A DNA stretch of 64,000 nt from a virus. The position numbers and the translations under genes are program-made. The notes beneath the pieces are model-generated. The model was not told the origin of the DNA. It searched no databases and was given only the letters and a program-made list of their open reading frames with translations. Positions 20,201-30,778 of the stretch are shown piece by piece; position 1 is the stretch's first letter; every line of letters starts with the position of its first letter. The stretch lies in the IMG/VR virus record IMGVR_UViG_3300003691_000002, positions 1-64,000 of that record; one strand, written 5' to 3'.

Positions 20201-23200
20201 TTAAAGGATGAACAAGAAATACTTAGAAGAAAATTAGCTCTAGCTCAAGGAGATTTTTCTAATTTTGAAAAAAACTGGTTTATTTATTTACCTGAAACTC
20301 ACGAAAAATACCCTAATGCTAAGTTAAAAGTAGTAAGAAAAAATAAAAAATCTTTTTCAGTTCAATTTTTATATGGCAAATTAAAAGATACTAAGGGAAA
20401 TATTACTTTTGAAAGTATTACAAAGGGAGTTACCTCTGAGTATATTTCTACATTACAAGAACAATTAAAATCTGCACAAGATAGAATAAATAAATACAGG
20501 CAAACTCCTGTATTAAAAAGAGAGGAATTACCTCCTAATGTTTTAAAGGCATTAGAAATGTGGGAAGCTGCTACTAGTGTAGATGAAAATGGTAAAGTAA
20601 CTATTGACCAAGACACTATTGATGAGGAGTTTTTAATTAACTACTTACCTATTAATGCCAAGTTTTCTAAAAGCTTAATGGCTCCTTTACACACTAAGTC
20701 TGATAAAGCTAGTGCTGTTAAATTTAATGCATTATTTAATGCAAAAACTAAAAGAATTAGAACAACTATAATTAAAGAAATTCTTTCTGGTACTCCTATT
20801 AATGACTTAAATACAGTTATTAAAGGACAAATGAATGGTACTATTAAAGCAGATGAAGGAACTCCTGGTAGAGCTGCTGTTAACTCCGTACAAGACCTTT
20901 ATGAATTTCAAGGAGATATAAGTAATATAAAAGCGGATAGACTATTTATTGCTAATGAAGTAGGTAAATTAGAAAATACTAAAGGAAAAACTATTACTTT
21001 AAATAGACCAGTAGCTCCTGGTGAATTATATGTATTAATTCATACAGCTGCTGGAATGCCTTTTTATTTAAAACTAAATGTAGAAAAATTAGATCAAAAT
21101 ACTGCAGAATTCCTGTATGATCTATATAAAGAAAGATTTAAAAATGTAGCTGCAGGTAAACAAGTAAGGCTTAAAACAATGTCTGAAGAGTTATATAATA
21201 AGTTCTTGACTCAATACTCAGATGTTGTACCTTTACTTGGTAAAGATGAAAAAGATATTACTGTAAAAGATGTAATAGATTTCTTTATATATGACAGGTC
21301 TAGTAATAAAAAATCTAGAACAAGATTTATAAGCCAAGAAATTTTTGTTATTGGTAAAGATGAATTTACAAAAAAAGATTTTGAAAAACCAGAAGAAAAA
21401 GAAAGATTTATAAGTGCTTTAATGGATGTCAAAAGACACCATATAAGATTTAAAAAGAGAAAGAATGCTCCTAAAAAACAAGCTACTTTAGAAAATGTAG
21501 CATACCGTAGGTATATGTTTGGTAATAAAATAATATCTACTAATGCAGTTGTTAATGAGCCTACTTTCCAAGGTAAGACCACTATTTATTTAGATACTTT
21601 TTCTTTACGTGTTAAAAATAAACTATCTGATTACAATCCTGGAAAAGCTAAAGTTTATAAAAAACAATTAAGAGGTACTAATAAACAACTAAGAAAATAT
21701 TTTCCAAAGCTTGCAGAAAGATATGTATCTCTTACTACTAATGAGCAAGGTTATACTGTAAAGAATGAATCAGGTTTTTATCAAAGAGCTTCTAGATTAA
21801 AAAATCTTACTCCTTACCAGAAAAAAGATGCAACATTTTTTAAAGCTGTAAAGAGAGGTACTATTATAGATAACATGTTTAGGCAATTCTTTGCTTACCC
21901 TATGAATAGATTTCATTTTATAGAAGAAGGAAAAAGAACTGTAGATAATGTTAATGGGGCTTATAATAAAAAATATGCAGACAATAAAGAAATAGAAGGA
22001 ACAGATATAGAAATGACTACTGAGTTCTTTGAAAATTTATTTGATGTTTTTCAAAGCTATGCAGATTATTTTTATAAAAACAATTATGTAATATATTCTA
22101 ACGCTCCATCTGCTGTAGGAATTTTTGGTGACAAAGAAGATACAGATACTTATTTTGGAGGTACTATTGATTTACTTGCCTATAAAGTAGATACTGGAGA
22201 GTATCATATGTTTGATTTAAAAACTACTTTTAAAGATAGAAGTTTTTTCTATAATAATCCTAAAGAAGATAAATATAACTATAAAAATGGAGATCAAATA
22301 CAATTAAATGCTTATAGAGAATTATATTATCAATTTGCTGGAATCCCAGTATCTAGAATGTTTGTTATTCCTTTGACCACTAGAGCCTCACAAGGTAACA
22401 AATATGAAAATATTGGTGAAGATAAAAATCAAAAAATATTAGATGTAGAAGAATTTGATCTTAAAAAATATTTTGAAGAAAAATGGCTTCCTGCAATAAA
22501 AGCTAAAAAGAAAAAGAATACATCAGGAAAACCAACTCTTAATTATTCTAGTATATTTGGAGATAATCCTAATACTGCTAGCAGCAATGTTACAATAACC
22601 TCTACTGTTAGAGAGGCTTTCATTGGTTGGGTAAAAGAAGGCCCAGATGTGATTGAAAAATATAGTATAGGTATACCTAAAGGTTCAGGAACAAGTGCTG
22701 CTATAGATGTTTATTATATTCATCCTGCAGGTATGTTAGCACAAAGACAAGACCCAACTAAAAGGGATAATTATGTATTGGTAACCAACCCTTCAGTAAT
22801 TAAAAAAGTTATAACAACATATTTTGAACTAGCAGAAAAGCAGGCAAAAATGGTAGCAGTACAAAGTAAAAAACTGCCTGCTTTACAAGAAAAGAAAGCA
22901 GAATTACAAGCTGCTTTAACAGGTGTTACAGACCCAGCTAAAATTAAAGCTATAAAAGCTAACATTGCAGCTAAATATAAAGGAAAAGTACCAGGGTCTA
23001 TGGACATTTTAACAATTCAAAGTTTTAAAAAGTTGTATGGGGAACTTTTAGAAATAAAAGATGAGGTATTAGAAAATTTTAACAACTCTATTTCAGGAGC
23101 AGTTACAACTACTATTCCTTCTGTTAACCCTAATACAGATACCCCTACAATTCCTACAACTCCTGTACCCCCTACTCCACCAGGAGAAAATAATACTCCT

Positions 23201-23455
23201 GTACCTCCGTCAGGGAATGGAGTTCAACAAGACACTGTTATTAATTTAAGTAATATGTCAGAAGAAGAAAAAACTGATTTGTTTGATAATTTAATGAAGA
23301 GTACTTATGCTACACCTGTACTATTAAAGGCTTTTCAAAAAGAAGCAGCTAAATTATCAAATCCAGAAAAGGGAGAATTAATTAATACATTTATATCTTT
23401 ACTTAAAGATAAAGGTATAACAGAGGAAGAAATATCTAAAAAATGCGGATTATAA
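17246..23455 (+). CDS. Giant cargo protein upstream of RNAP, with membrane-like N-terminal segments and a PD-(D/E)xK nuclease-like domain
   Basis: 2069 aa; GTIDLLAYK...MFDLKT...QLNAY at about 22160-22315. Confidence 0.75.
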   Translation: MEEENLLLGDIQSRGMSASPNPLIADIAARNSLSYESAFNYSGIVPVGGIGLGESRYDKPNIPFSQLYNLDEIRARRQPWLAKFGAGFGRVGTKAVSEIAKMPGVLGGIVGGAIGQAIDLATGEDNTDFVKTAFDNIWINSIADAEEHINEEVLPVYVRKAVQDGNLWDKITSIDFWATDGADGLGYIVAMLAPGQAISKLGLGSKLMPTKALTAMAKSTDDAAATLASLGIKPSNADIGLAAVANTIFESAAEAKGSMDSFEQSPKYQEELEERINKNYNEIIANAQGNPEIIQNAKILAQEKAEKEMQELKSGIGAKVFKSNVGILIGPNIAMSKILWGGRAARGARNQITKEGVEKVANPSTLKKIKNWGDEWGKGVLREGFWEEGLQSTAENYFTENPENTLGDFLTDAPKEWLKTLGTTDGQVAVFLGSVYGGTMSAAANSYKAKKDRETLNRLIERGNNSLNQLASIFQSSDVFETVINEQGEEEVVYVKNEETGELEKKVDPVKLRMKLEGDLKFEALSAIFDVAKETGDKRLLDAVKNKAYTEMVIPFILDDKLGVETLRQALDAHGKIAEATQGNNLDINEIKSDILNKATYLKNQYNLFQDFSRSLIKLNADNVKNKDFDIFYDKLLEQYLVSHSELQFLEKRKEKLTETITELGNNNRRFPDAANILLDPKNQSLIRDVLQSDPRLEKAYTEYLTLDPSIESKKDVIEDVWNQDKSNEAFQKFVNDSRELERKLEQAKKVQTVLDDIANSSNLEELDNILIPEGIDNETRDLINATKKERKEELEAAEEEEAQKAKEDADSSLNENERESLEKEAYIKNLKENFAEGDIITVPDWHKNAGDDVTITKINKKSISVEDSKGNKFLIKYEDYYDAAASNDILTVYSTEGNVLTEEDRQVTKVVNAKEDTRLEQESFDTPVMIRNDELDQIFNFIDPAVEVFERNPVDKKGHKVYFEIAGTTTETTLSKEEKSELKKLKDEQEILRRKLALAQGDFSNFEKNWFIYLPETHEKYPNAKLKVVRKNKKSFSVQFLYGKLKDTKGNITFESITKGVTSEYISTLQEQLKSAQDRINKYRQTPVLKREELPPNVLKALEMWEAATSVDENGKVTIDQDTIDEEFLINYLPINAKFSKSLMAPLHTKSDKASAVKFNALFNAKTKRIRTTIIKEILSGTPINDLNTVIKGQMNGTIKADEGTPGRAAVNSVQDLYEFQGDISNIKADRLFIANEVGKLENTKGKTITLNRPVAPGELYVLIHTAAGMPFYLKLNVEKLDQNTAEFLYDLYKERFKNVAAGKQVRLKTMSEELYNKFLTQYSDVVPLLGKDEKDITVKDVIDFFIYDRSSNKKSRTRFISQEIFVIGKDEFTKKDFEKPEEKERFISALMDVKRHHIRFKKRKNAPKKQATLENVAYRRYMFGNKIISTNAVVNEPTFQGKTTIYLDTFSLRVKNKLSDYNPGKAKVYKKQLRGTNKQLRKYFPKLAERYVSLTTNEQGYTVKNESGFYQRASRLKNLTPYQKKDATFFKAVKRGTIIDNMFRQFFAYPMNRFHFIEEGKRTVDNVNGAYNKKYADNKEIEGTDIEMTTEFFENLFDVFQSYADYFYKNNYVIYSNAPSAVGIFGDKEDTDTYFGGTIDLLAYKVDTGEYHMFDLKTTFKDRSFFYNNPKEDKYNYKNGDQIQLNAYRELYYQFAGIPVSRMFVIPLTTRASQGNKYENIGEDKNQKILDVEEFDLKKYFEEKWLPAIKAKKKKNTSGKPTLNYSSIFGDNPNTASSNVTITSTVREAFIGWVKEGPDVIEKYSIGIPKGSGTSAAIDVYYIHPAGMLAQRQDPTKRDNYVLVTNPSVIKKVITTYFELAEKQAKMVAVQSKKLPALQEKKAELQAALTGVTDPAKIKAIKANIAAKYKGKVPGSMDILTIQSFKKLYGELLEIKDEVLENFNNSISGAVTTTIPSVNPNTDTPTIPTTPVPPTPPGENNTPVPPSGNGVQQDTVINLSNMSEEEKTDLFDNLMKSTYATPVLLKAFQKEAAKLSNPEKGELINTFISLLKDKGITEEEISKKCGL

Positions 23456-23456
23456 T

Positions 23457-26400
23457 ATGGTTTGTAGTAGAAGTGTAAAATATTTAGGGAAAGACTCAAG
23501 CGTAAAATCTTTGTTATTTGATAAGTTATATCAAATAACAAAAGATGAAAAATACGCAGAGGATTTATATAACCAATTTAATACTGATTATTTCAAAAGA
23601 GAAGTTTTCGGAGATTTTACTAGTATAAATAGTGAAACTGAAGATTTATTTTTAAATAGAGTAGATGAAAATAATGAACCTCTTCTTATTTATAATTCAG
23701 ATATAGATAAATATTATTATATAGATTTATACGGACAAAAAGTTTATGAGCCTCAGCAGCAAGGATTGGAAATGTTCTTTACTAAAGAAGATTTAGATAT
23801 GCTTGTAAATACAATGGCTCTTAAATATTTTCAAACTTTAAATTATGATTTTGAAAATAATAATGCTGTTATTAAATTAAATAATATTTCTATTCAAGAT
23901 ATAGTAGAGCAATTTATAGATACTAAAATAAAAGAATTTCAACAGTCTGGTGATTTTATTAAAATGGCTTTAGCTCCTTCTTTAGAAGGTTCTAAACAAT
24001 ATATGAATGAATGGACTAAAAAGATAAGACAATTCTTTTTATCTAAAAAACTTATTATAAATGATTCAGTAGATTTTGAAACTGCTGAAGATTATTTAGA
24101 GCAAATAGAAGAGCAAGGTAAAGAAAATATTATAAGACCTGATGCTTGGACTACTGATAGAAAAAATACAGTTGCAAACAATATTAAATTATTTTTATCT
24201 TTATATAAAACATCTGAATTAAATAAATTTGGAGAATATAATTTTGTAAATTTTGAAGATGTTTTTACAAACTTAAATCAGATACTTTCTAATGTAGTAG
24301 CTGACTTAGATGAAAATGGTAATTTAGAAGATTTATATGAAGTCTTCTTAGAAGAAATAGGTAAATATGCTAAATATAAACCTTTTCTTCAAACTCTTTA
24401 TGATGATTTAAAAAGAGTTACTAATGAGGATTTTAAAAATAGATTTGTAAATACTTTCTTTTTAGCTCGTAAAAAATTCTTAGGAACTATATATGGGTAT
24501 GATGATAATGGTAATTTAAATGTAACTGTACAAGATTTTTCAGAAGTTACATCTAGAAAAAATGTAGTATTGTCTAAATGGAAAGACAATATGGAATTAA
24601 TGGATGTCACTGGCACTACTTTAGCCCAAGCAATGTCAGTGTTAAATCCAGCCTTAATAGCTTATAGTAAAGAGCCTAATGAGAATACTATTGAAAAGTT
24701 AAAAGATTCTTTTATGGAGGTACTTGCTTCTGTAGGAGTTACTATAACTAGGCAAAATTTAGACTTTTTATTAGAGACTCACAAAAAATTTGATGATCCA
24801 GGAGAAGCTCTTGCTTTTATGGCTACTCAAGCAGTAAGGGCTGTAAAAGAAATTGGTAAAACAAGTCCTGGAGCAGAAGTGCTTAGAAATTCAGCTTTTG
24901 TAAATTTAGCTTCTGGAGAAGCTTTCTTTTTTGATAAAGGCTCAGATGCTTCTTTCTTTTCTGTTGGTAAAAGTAGATGGTTATATTCTTTATATTCCCA
25001 CCTAGAGAAAATATTTATAGAATGGAAAAATAATCCTGAAGCATTAAGGTCTCATTTTAATAGTTCAGCCTGGACTAAAGGTAGTTTTTATGCTAAAAAA
25101 TTATTAGCTCTTGATTTAGAAGATGATGTAACAGATGAAGAAAGATTAGAGTTAATGCAACAAAGACTTGAAGATTTAGATGTCTTTGTATTTAACTCTT
25201 TTCAAACAGATAGAGCAGCTAAAGAGGCAGTAGATAATAAAAGTATTGAGTATATAGATAGGATAACTGACTATATCAATAAAATGCTTAACCATCATAA
25301 GAATGGTAAAACTTTTCATAACACTGCTTTAGCAGGAGATAAAAATAACCAATATCAAATAGTTTGGGGTGATTGGGTTCATCAAGAAACTAATGCTGAA
25401 AAAGGTACAGACGGTAAATTAATAATTAACGAGGATGTTAAAGATATTTTCTGGAATTATTTTAAAGCAGAATATTATCGTATAGAAGAAGCACATCAAA
25501 GACTAGAAAATCAGGAAGAGCCTATTGTTAATTATGATCAAAAAGCCCTAGAGATGAGCTTATTTCCATCTCTTTCACCTGTTCAAAATGGTAAAAATGT
25601 AGCCAAGCCAAAAGGTCTTAGTAAGCCTATTTATTATAAAGGGCGTCCTATATATAAAGACATAGAATCTAGAAAAGCAGATATTATGCCTTTAATCGTA
25701 GAGGCATTACATACTAAAATAAAAGAAACTTATAAAATATTAGAAGACGCAGGAGTTTTATATTATACATATCAAGGATTTAGAAAGCTTAGAAATGTAG
25801 ATTTTGATATTTTAAGAAGTTATATTCCTACAGATAATTTACAAAGACCTGTTAGACCTCTTTCTGAAAAAGCAAAAGATACAAGAAGAGCTAATATTGA
25901 AAATGGTTTATTTAGTTTAATATCAGATGTTACTGTAAACAGTTTAATTTCTCAAATAGAGTACTCTATGCTTATAGCTGGGGATGTAGCTTTTTACAAA
26001 AACTTTAATGATTACAAAAAAAGAATACAGCAAACATATACAGACGGACAGTATTTAAATAGATTGTCCTCAGATGAAGTTTATTTTAATATTGCCGTAA
26101 TTAATAGTGTAAAAGTTCCAGCTGTTAATTTAGACCTTATTAAAAAACATATAGATGATCCTTCAATTATAGACGCATATTCTAATGTAAATAATGCTGA
26201 TGGACAGGCTTGGATTACTCCTCAAAGGTGGAAATTTATTATGGATAAATTAGGTAAATCAGGACCTATTTTAGATTCTACCTATAAAAAAATGTTTGAA
26301 AGAGAACCTGTATTTACTTTAGAAGAATTAAAATTACTAGCACAGCCTTTAAAGGGTGTATATTTTAGTAATAGAAATGGGCATCCTATATATTTAAAGT

Positions 26401-29400
26401 ATTCTCAAGCTGTTATATTGCCTAATCTTATGCGCAATACTCCTATAGAAAAGTTGTATAAGAAAATGGTAGAAGATGAAAATGGCAATGAATTGCCTTT
26501 TAATGAACAAACTCACGAGCTTGTTACTTTGGATGGTATTAAAGTAGGCGCAATAGCTCCTACAACAGTACATAAAGCAGATGGCTCTATAGCAGAGGAT
26601 ATTCAACTAAATCAAATGCAGCTTGAAAATTATTATTGGAAGCTGCAACAAGACCTTCCCACAAAAGGAATTAAACCTAGGGATTTAGGTAGCCAAATAC
26701 AAAAAAATGTATTTCAAGGAATTGCTTTCTTTCCTGTGGAAGAAAGGTTTGATCTTGGTGGGAAAGAGCTTGATAAAAATGAAATGATTAAACATCTACA
26801 TAATATATTTGGCGTAATGTCAAATAGATCGATGTTAGATTTAGTACAAAGTTTGGGAATTAATTCTAAAGGGGAGATTAAAAATGTAGATGCTCTTTAT
26901 AGAAATATTATTCAACAACTAAGTAAAAGAGATACCCCTAATCAAGTAATGATTGAAGCATTACAATATGGAGTTTCTCCTTTTGGTATACCTGGAAGTT
27001 ATGAACTATTTCAAAATGTCTTTAGTAAGATATGGAATGATAACACTATAAAAATTAAAACAAATGGTGCAGGGTATATTCAAATGTCTGATTTTGGACT
27101 TAGTTATGATGAGGCTAAAAGGAAAAAAGGAATAAGATTTACTCCTTGGTTTGATAAAGAGGCTGGAAAACTTTCACCCCCTGTAATTGGGATTAATCCT
27201 GTTACAGGAAAAGAAGTGATTAAGCCTGCTGGCATATTTCTATCTGGTTCTTTTATTGCAAAACATATACCTGATTACAGAAAATTTACAGATGAACAAC
27301 TTTTTGGTAAATATGATGCAGAAACTGGAGAATTATTAGAACGAGGCAAAATAGATGAAAGGATATTAAAGAATATTGTGCACTATCGTATCCCTAATCA
27401 AGGGTTTTCTTCTAATGACCCTGTTACTGTAATGGGTATACTCCCAGATGAGATAGGAGATACTGTAGTTGTTTATACAGGTATTACTACTAAAACAGGT
27501 TCTGACTTTGATATTGATAAAGGATATTTAATGATGCCTGCTTATAAAGCAGATTATCCTGAAGGAATAAAAGTAGAAGTTAGAAAATATATAGAATATC
27601 AAAACTGGACTTATGAGGATGTTATAAATGAATTATATAATTTACAAGTATTACCTAAAAATAATAAAAAATTAAATTATAATATTTTAATTGATTTTAT
27701 TATCAATGACCCTACTTATGAACACTACGATGAATTTAGAAGTGTTTTAGAAATTCAAAAATTACAAAGAAAAACAGCTAAAAAATTAATTTATATTGAA
27801 CCTGATCACAATGCTCCACTGGAAACACAAACTATGGAGCAATTACAAAATCATTTATTAGAAGCTTATATATCAGTTTTTACAAATAAAAACAACTATA
27901 AGTTGTTAATGAATCCTATTGATTCTTCTGTTATTGAAAATGATATTAAATCATTTTTAGATGTACCAGAAACTTCTGATCTTTCTGGCTTCTCTGGTAT
28001 AGAAGATTTGGAATTGAAAAATAAATTAATGACAGGAAAAGCAGGATTAGGACAAGCTGTTAACTATACTGTTGATTATGGTAGGGGCTCTATGGCTAAT
28101 TTATCTATGTTAGATGCCACTTTCCCTATGGGAAGAGATACATTAGATAGGCAAAGTAGTTTAGAATTAACTGATGAAGATTTAAAATTCTATGTAAAAG
28201 AGTTTAATTCTAAGATGCCTAAAGAATTACATATAACTTATGAATTTGCACAGGAAAATCTAAGAGATATAGAGATTGCAACTTCTTTTATGACTATCAT
28301 TAACGGGTTTGTAGATGTTGCTAAAGATGATTATTTAGTACAAGGTAATTGGAATTTAGCTACTAATGCTGTAGGTCTTAGTATGCTTAGAGCAGGAACA
28401 CATCCTTTTATTATTACCAGGTTTTTATATCAACCTATAGTAAGAGAATATGTTAATTTCTTAGAAAGAGTTAATTCTCAAACTTTAAAAAGAGAAGGTA
28501 GTAGAATTAAATTATTTAAGCTAGAAAAAATACTAGACGAATTTAAAGAAAACAGTAATCTTACTTTAAATGGTAATACTATAAATGTATATCAGTTAAT
28601 GAAAAGGCATTTAGGGTATTCTGATGTACAATTTTTAAATAAAAAACGTATTGAAAAAAGTGAAGAAAGTATTGAAAATACTTATGAGAGATTATATGAA
28701 GAATTGCACGAAGCCTTTGATTTAGGTGCAGAAGATCAATATGAAGAAATACAAGAGATAGCTGAAAAAGCTAGAGACCTTTTATATTCTTATTTTTTAA
28801 GTCCTCAAACATCAGGTGTAAGTTACTTTTCATTAAAACATTTAACTAATCAAATTAAAAACCCTACTCTAGCAGGGCAAAAAGGTTACTTAGAATATTT
28901 TGAAGACACAAGAAAATTAGGTAGGAATTTAAATAAAGTAGTACAGGCAAATAAAACAGACGTAGAGGGTAAAGGTAAAAATGCTACGAGTAATTTAATT
29001 AAATTAAATATTATAAATAAGTTATTAACTTATATTGAAGAAGAAGAAGTTGCTGGTTATGAAACAATGCTTTTTTATGATGGTAAAATGACATCTGTTG
29101 CACACGCTATTAATAATAGTCTTAGTGAGCCTTTAAAAATAATGTTAAATAACCCTACATTATTTCCTACAGTTAATAGCTCTGCTATTAAAACTTTTAA
29201 TTATATTTCAAGAAGACTTAGTAAATTTAAATTAGACAATCAAGATTTAGGAGATACTCTTGAAAGAAATTATTATTCTTATTTAATGTCTGGTTTTGGT
29301 CCTTTTCAATTAAATACAGAGCAAAGGAAACAACTGTTGCTTAATATGCCTGATAGGGTAAGAGCTATGCAAATTTTATACCCTGAAAATGCTTTGTTAG

Positions 29401-30776
29401 AAGAGCTAGTGTTGATTACAAGTGAAGATACTGGAATTACTTATATAAATTCTACTATTAGTAAAAAAACTCCTGATAGAATAAAAGAAATGGTTTCTGC
29501 ATGGGAAGATCTTTTAGAAGAAGAGGCATTTTTTGCAGAAGATTTAATTAAATATTCTTATATACATTCAGGATTTAACAGAAGGATAAATTCATTTCAT
29601 GAGTATATCCCTCCAAAATGGTTTAATTTAAATAGATTAAATTCTTATCTTTACCAGTTAGATAAAGATCTTCCTGATGTTGTTGATATAAATTTTGTAG
29701 ATCAGTTCTTTAGAAATAATATAAATATTTCTTTTGGAAGTGTAACATTATGGCCTGGTAACTCTACTTATGACTATACTATAGACAAATCAGGAAAATT
29801 AGTTAGGTTAGGCCCTGTAATTGAAGACAAATCAGAAGCTAAATACTTAGCAAAAAGAACTATACGTTCTAGCAATCCTAATATTCCTGATAGAGATGTT
29901 TATTATAAATTAATAGGTATTAAAAGTACTAAAGCGGGGCTTAGAGGTATTTATGTTATTACTTCTCCTTTAGGTCTTATAGATGGTAGAAATAGATTTA
30001 CAGAATATAATATATTAAATAAAAACAATGTTGCTTATAATTTTTCTATGTTTGATGCAATTAATGAGCAGAGTTTTAAAAAGATTGATTTAATGAGTAT
30101 TGTTAATACTATTGAAAATAATTCAAAAGATATTACAAATTTAGATAAAGATGTATTCTTAGACACTCCTGTAGTTGATGAAGAATTTATGGCTGGTGGG
30201 TTTAGAACAGAAGAGTTACAAAGTAGTGATATAGAAAATGAGCAGCCTCCTACAAGAGTAGAGGTTAATAAAATTATATCTGGAGGACAAACTGGGATAG
30301 ATAGATTAGGATTAGAAATAGGACAAGAGCTGGGGATATTAACAGGAGGAACTGCTGCTCCAGGTTTTGTTACTGAGGAAGGTAAAGATGATTCTTTAGC
30401 TGATTTTGGTGTTGAAGAAATATCAGAAGATTTACAGCAAGGTAAAAAAGGCAGACAATTTTATTTACCTAGAACAGAGCAAAATGTCATTAATTCTGAT
30501 GGTACTGTATATTTTAGTGAAAATAAAAGTTCAGCTGGACTTAGAGCAACTAAAAATTTTGCAGATGGTTATGATAAACCTTTTATTTTAAATCCTACAG
30601 CAACAGAATTAAGAGAATGGATAGACAAAAATAATATACAAGTAATAAATGTTGCTGGTAATAGAAGCAGTAAAATGTCAGAGGAGTTTGTAGAAATAGT
30701 AAGAGAAACTATGATAGAAGCATTAACTCCTCAAGAGCTTTCTACAAAAGAGGGTGATAACTTTGATTTTTGTTAA
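23457..30776 (+). CDS. Virion-packaged double-psi beta-barrel RNA polymerase (phi14:2 gp66-like) with C-terminal SLOG domain
   Basis: 2439 aa; ADGQAW, YRIPNQ and catalytic GSDFDIDK (about 27498-27521); C-terminal IISGGQTGID...RTEQNV..SDGT...INVAGNR. Confidence 0.92.
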   Translation: MVCSRSVKYLGKDSSVKSLLFDKLYQITKDEKYAEDLYNQFNTDYFKREVFGDFTSINSETEDLFLNRVDENNEPLLIYNSDIDKYYYIDLYGQKVYEPQQQGLEMFFTKEDLDMLVNTMALKYFQTLNYDFENNNAVIKLNNISIQDIVEQFIDTKIKEFQQSGDFIKMALAPSLEGSKQYMNEWTKKIRQFFLSKKLIINDSVDFETAEDYLEQIEEQGKENIIRPDAWTTDRKNTVANNIKLFLSLYKTSELNKFGEYNFVNFEDVFTNLNQILSNVVADLDENGNLEDLYEVFLEEIGKYAKYKPFLQTLYDDLKRVTNEDFKNRFVNTFFLARKKFLGTIYGYDDNGNLNVTVQDFSEVTSRKNVVLSKWKDNMELMDVTGTTLAQAMSVLNPALIAYSKEPNENTIEKLKDSFMEVLASVGVTITRQNLDFLLETHKKFDDPGEALAFMATQAVRAVKEIGKTSPGAEVLRNSAFVNLASGEAFFFDKGSDASFFSVGKSRWLYSLYSHLEKIFIEWKNNPEALRSHFNSSAWTKGSFYAKKLLALDLEDDVTDEERLELMQQRLEDLDVFVFNSFQTDRAAKEAVDNKSIEYIDRITDYINKMLNHHKNGKTFHNTALAGDKNNQYQIVWGDWVHQETNAEKGTDGKLIINEDVKDIFWNYFKAEYYRIEEAHQRLENQEEPIVNYDQKALEMSLFPSLSPVQNGKNVAKPKGLSKPIYYKGRPIYKDIESRKADIMPLIVEALHTKIKETYKILEDAGVLYYTYQGFRKLRNVDFDILRSYIPTDNLQRPVRPLSEKAKDTRRANIENGLFSLISDVTVNSLISQIEYSMLIAGDVAFYKNFNDYKKRIQQTYTDGQYLNRLSSDEVYFNIAVINSVKVPAVNLDLIKKHIDDPSIIDAYSNVNNADGQAWITPQRWKFIMDKLGKSGPILDSTYKKMFEREPVFTLEELKLLAQPLKGVYFSNRNGHPIYLKYSQAVILPNLMRNTPIEKLYKKMVEDENGNELPFNEQTHELVTLDGIKVGAIAPTTVHKADGSIAEDIQLNQMQLENYYWKLQQDLPTKGIKPRDLGSQIQKNVFQGIAFFPVEERFDLGGKELDKNEMIKHLHNIFGVMSNRSMLDLVQSLGINSKGEIKNVDALYRNIIQQLSKRDTPNQVMIEALQYGVSPFGIPGSYELFQNVFSKIWNDNTIKIKTNGAGYIQMSDFGLSYDEAKRKKGIRFTPWFDKEAGKLSPPVIGINPVTGKEVIKPAGIFLSGSFIAKHIPDYRKFTDEQLFGKYDAETGELLERGKIDERILKNIVHYRIPNQGFSSNDPVTVMGILPDEIGDTVVVYTGITTKTGSDFDIDKGYLMMPAYKADYPEGIKVEVRKYIEYQNWTYEDVINELYNLQVLPKNNKKLNYNILIDFIINDPTYEHYDEFRSVLEIQKLQRKTAKKLIYIEPDHNAPLETQTMEQLQNHLLEAYISVFTNKNNYKLLMNPIDSSVIENDIKSFLDVPETSDLSGFSGIEDLELKNKLMTGKAGLGQAVNYTVDYGRGSMANLSMLDATFPMGRDTLDRQSSLELTDEDLKFYVKEFNSKMPKELHITYEFAQENLRDIEIATSFMTIINGFVDVAKDDYLVQGNWNLATNAVGLSMLRAGTHPFIITRFLYQPIVREYVNFLERVNSQTLKREGSRIKLFKLEKILDEFKENSNLTLNGNTINVYQLMKRHLGYSDVQFLNKKRIEKSEESIENTYERLYEELHEAFDLGAEDQYEEIQEIAEKARDLLYSYFLSPQTSGVSYFSLKHLTNQIKNPTLAGQKGYLEYFEDTRKLGRNLNKVVQANKTDVEGKGKNATSNLIKLNIINKLLTYIEEEEVAGYETMLFYDGKMTSVAHAINNSLSEPLKIMLNNPTLFPTVNSSAIKTFNYISRRLSKFKLDNQDLGDTLERNYYSYLMSGFGPFQLNTEQRKQLLLNMPDRVRAMQILYPENALLEELVLITSEDTGITYINSTISKKTPDRIKEMVSAWEDLLEEEAFFAEDLIKYSYIHSGFNRRINSFHEYIPPKWFNLNRLNSYLYQLDKDLPDVVDINFVDQFFRNNINISFGSVTLWPGNSTYDYTIDKSGKLVRLGPVIEDKSEAKYLAKRTIRSSNPNIPDRDVYYKLIGIKSTKAGLRGIYVITSPLGLIDGRNRFTEYNILNKNNVAYNFSMFDAINEQSFKKIDLMSIVNTIENNSKDITNLDKDVFLDTPVVDEEFMAGGFRTEELQSSDIENEQPPTRVEVNKIISGGQTGIDRLGLEIGQELGILTGGTAAPGFVTEEGKDDSLADFGVEEISEDLQQGKKGRQFYLPRTEQNVINSDGTVYFSENKSSAGLRATKNFADGYDKPFILNPTATELREWIDKNNIQVINVAGNRSSKMSEEFVEIVRETMIEALTPQELSTKEGDNFDFC

Positions 30777-30778
30777 TT

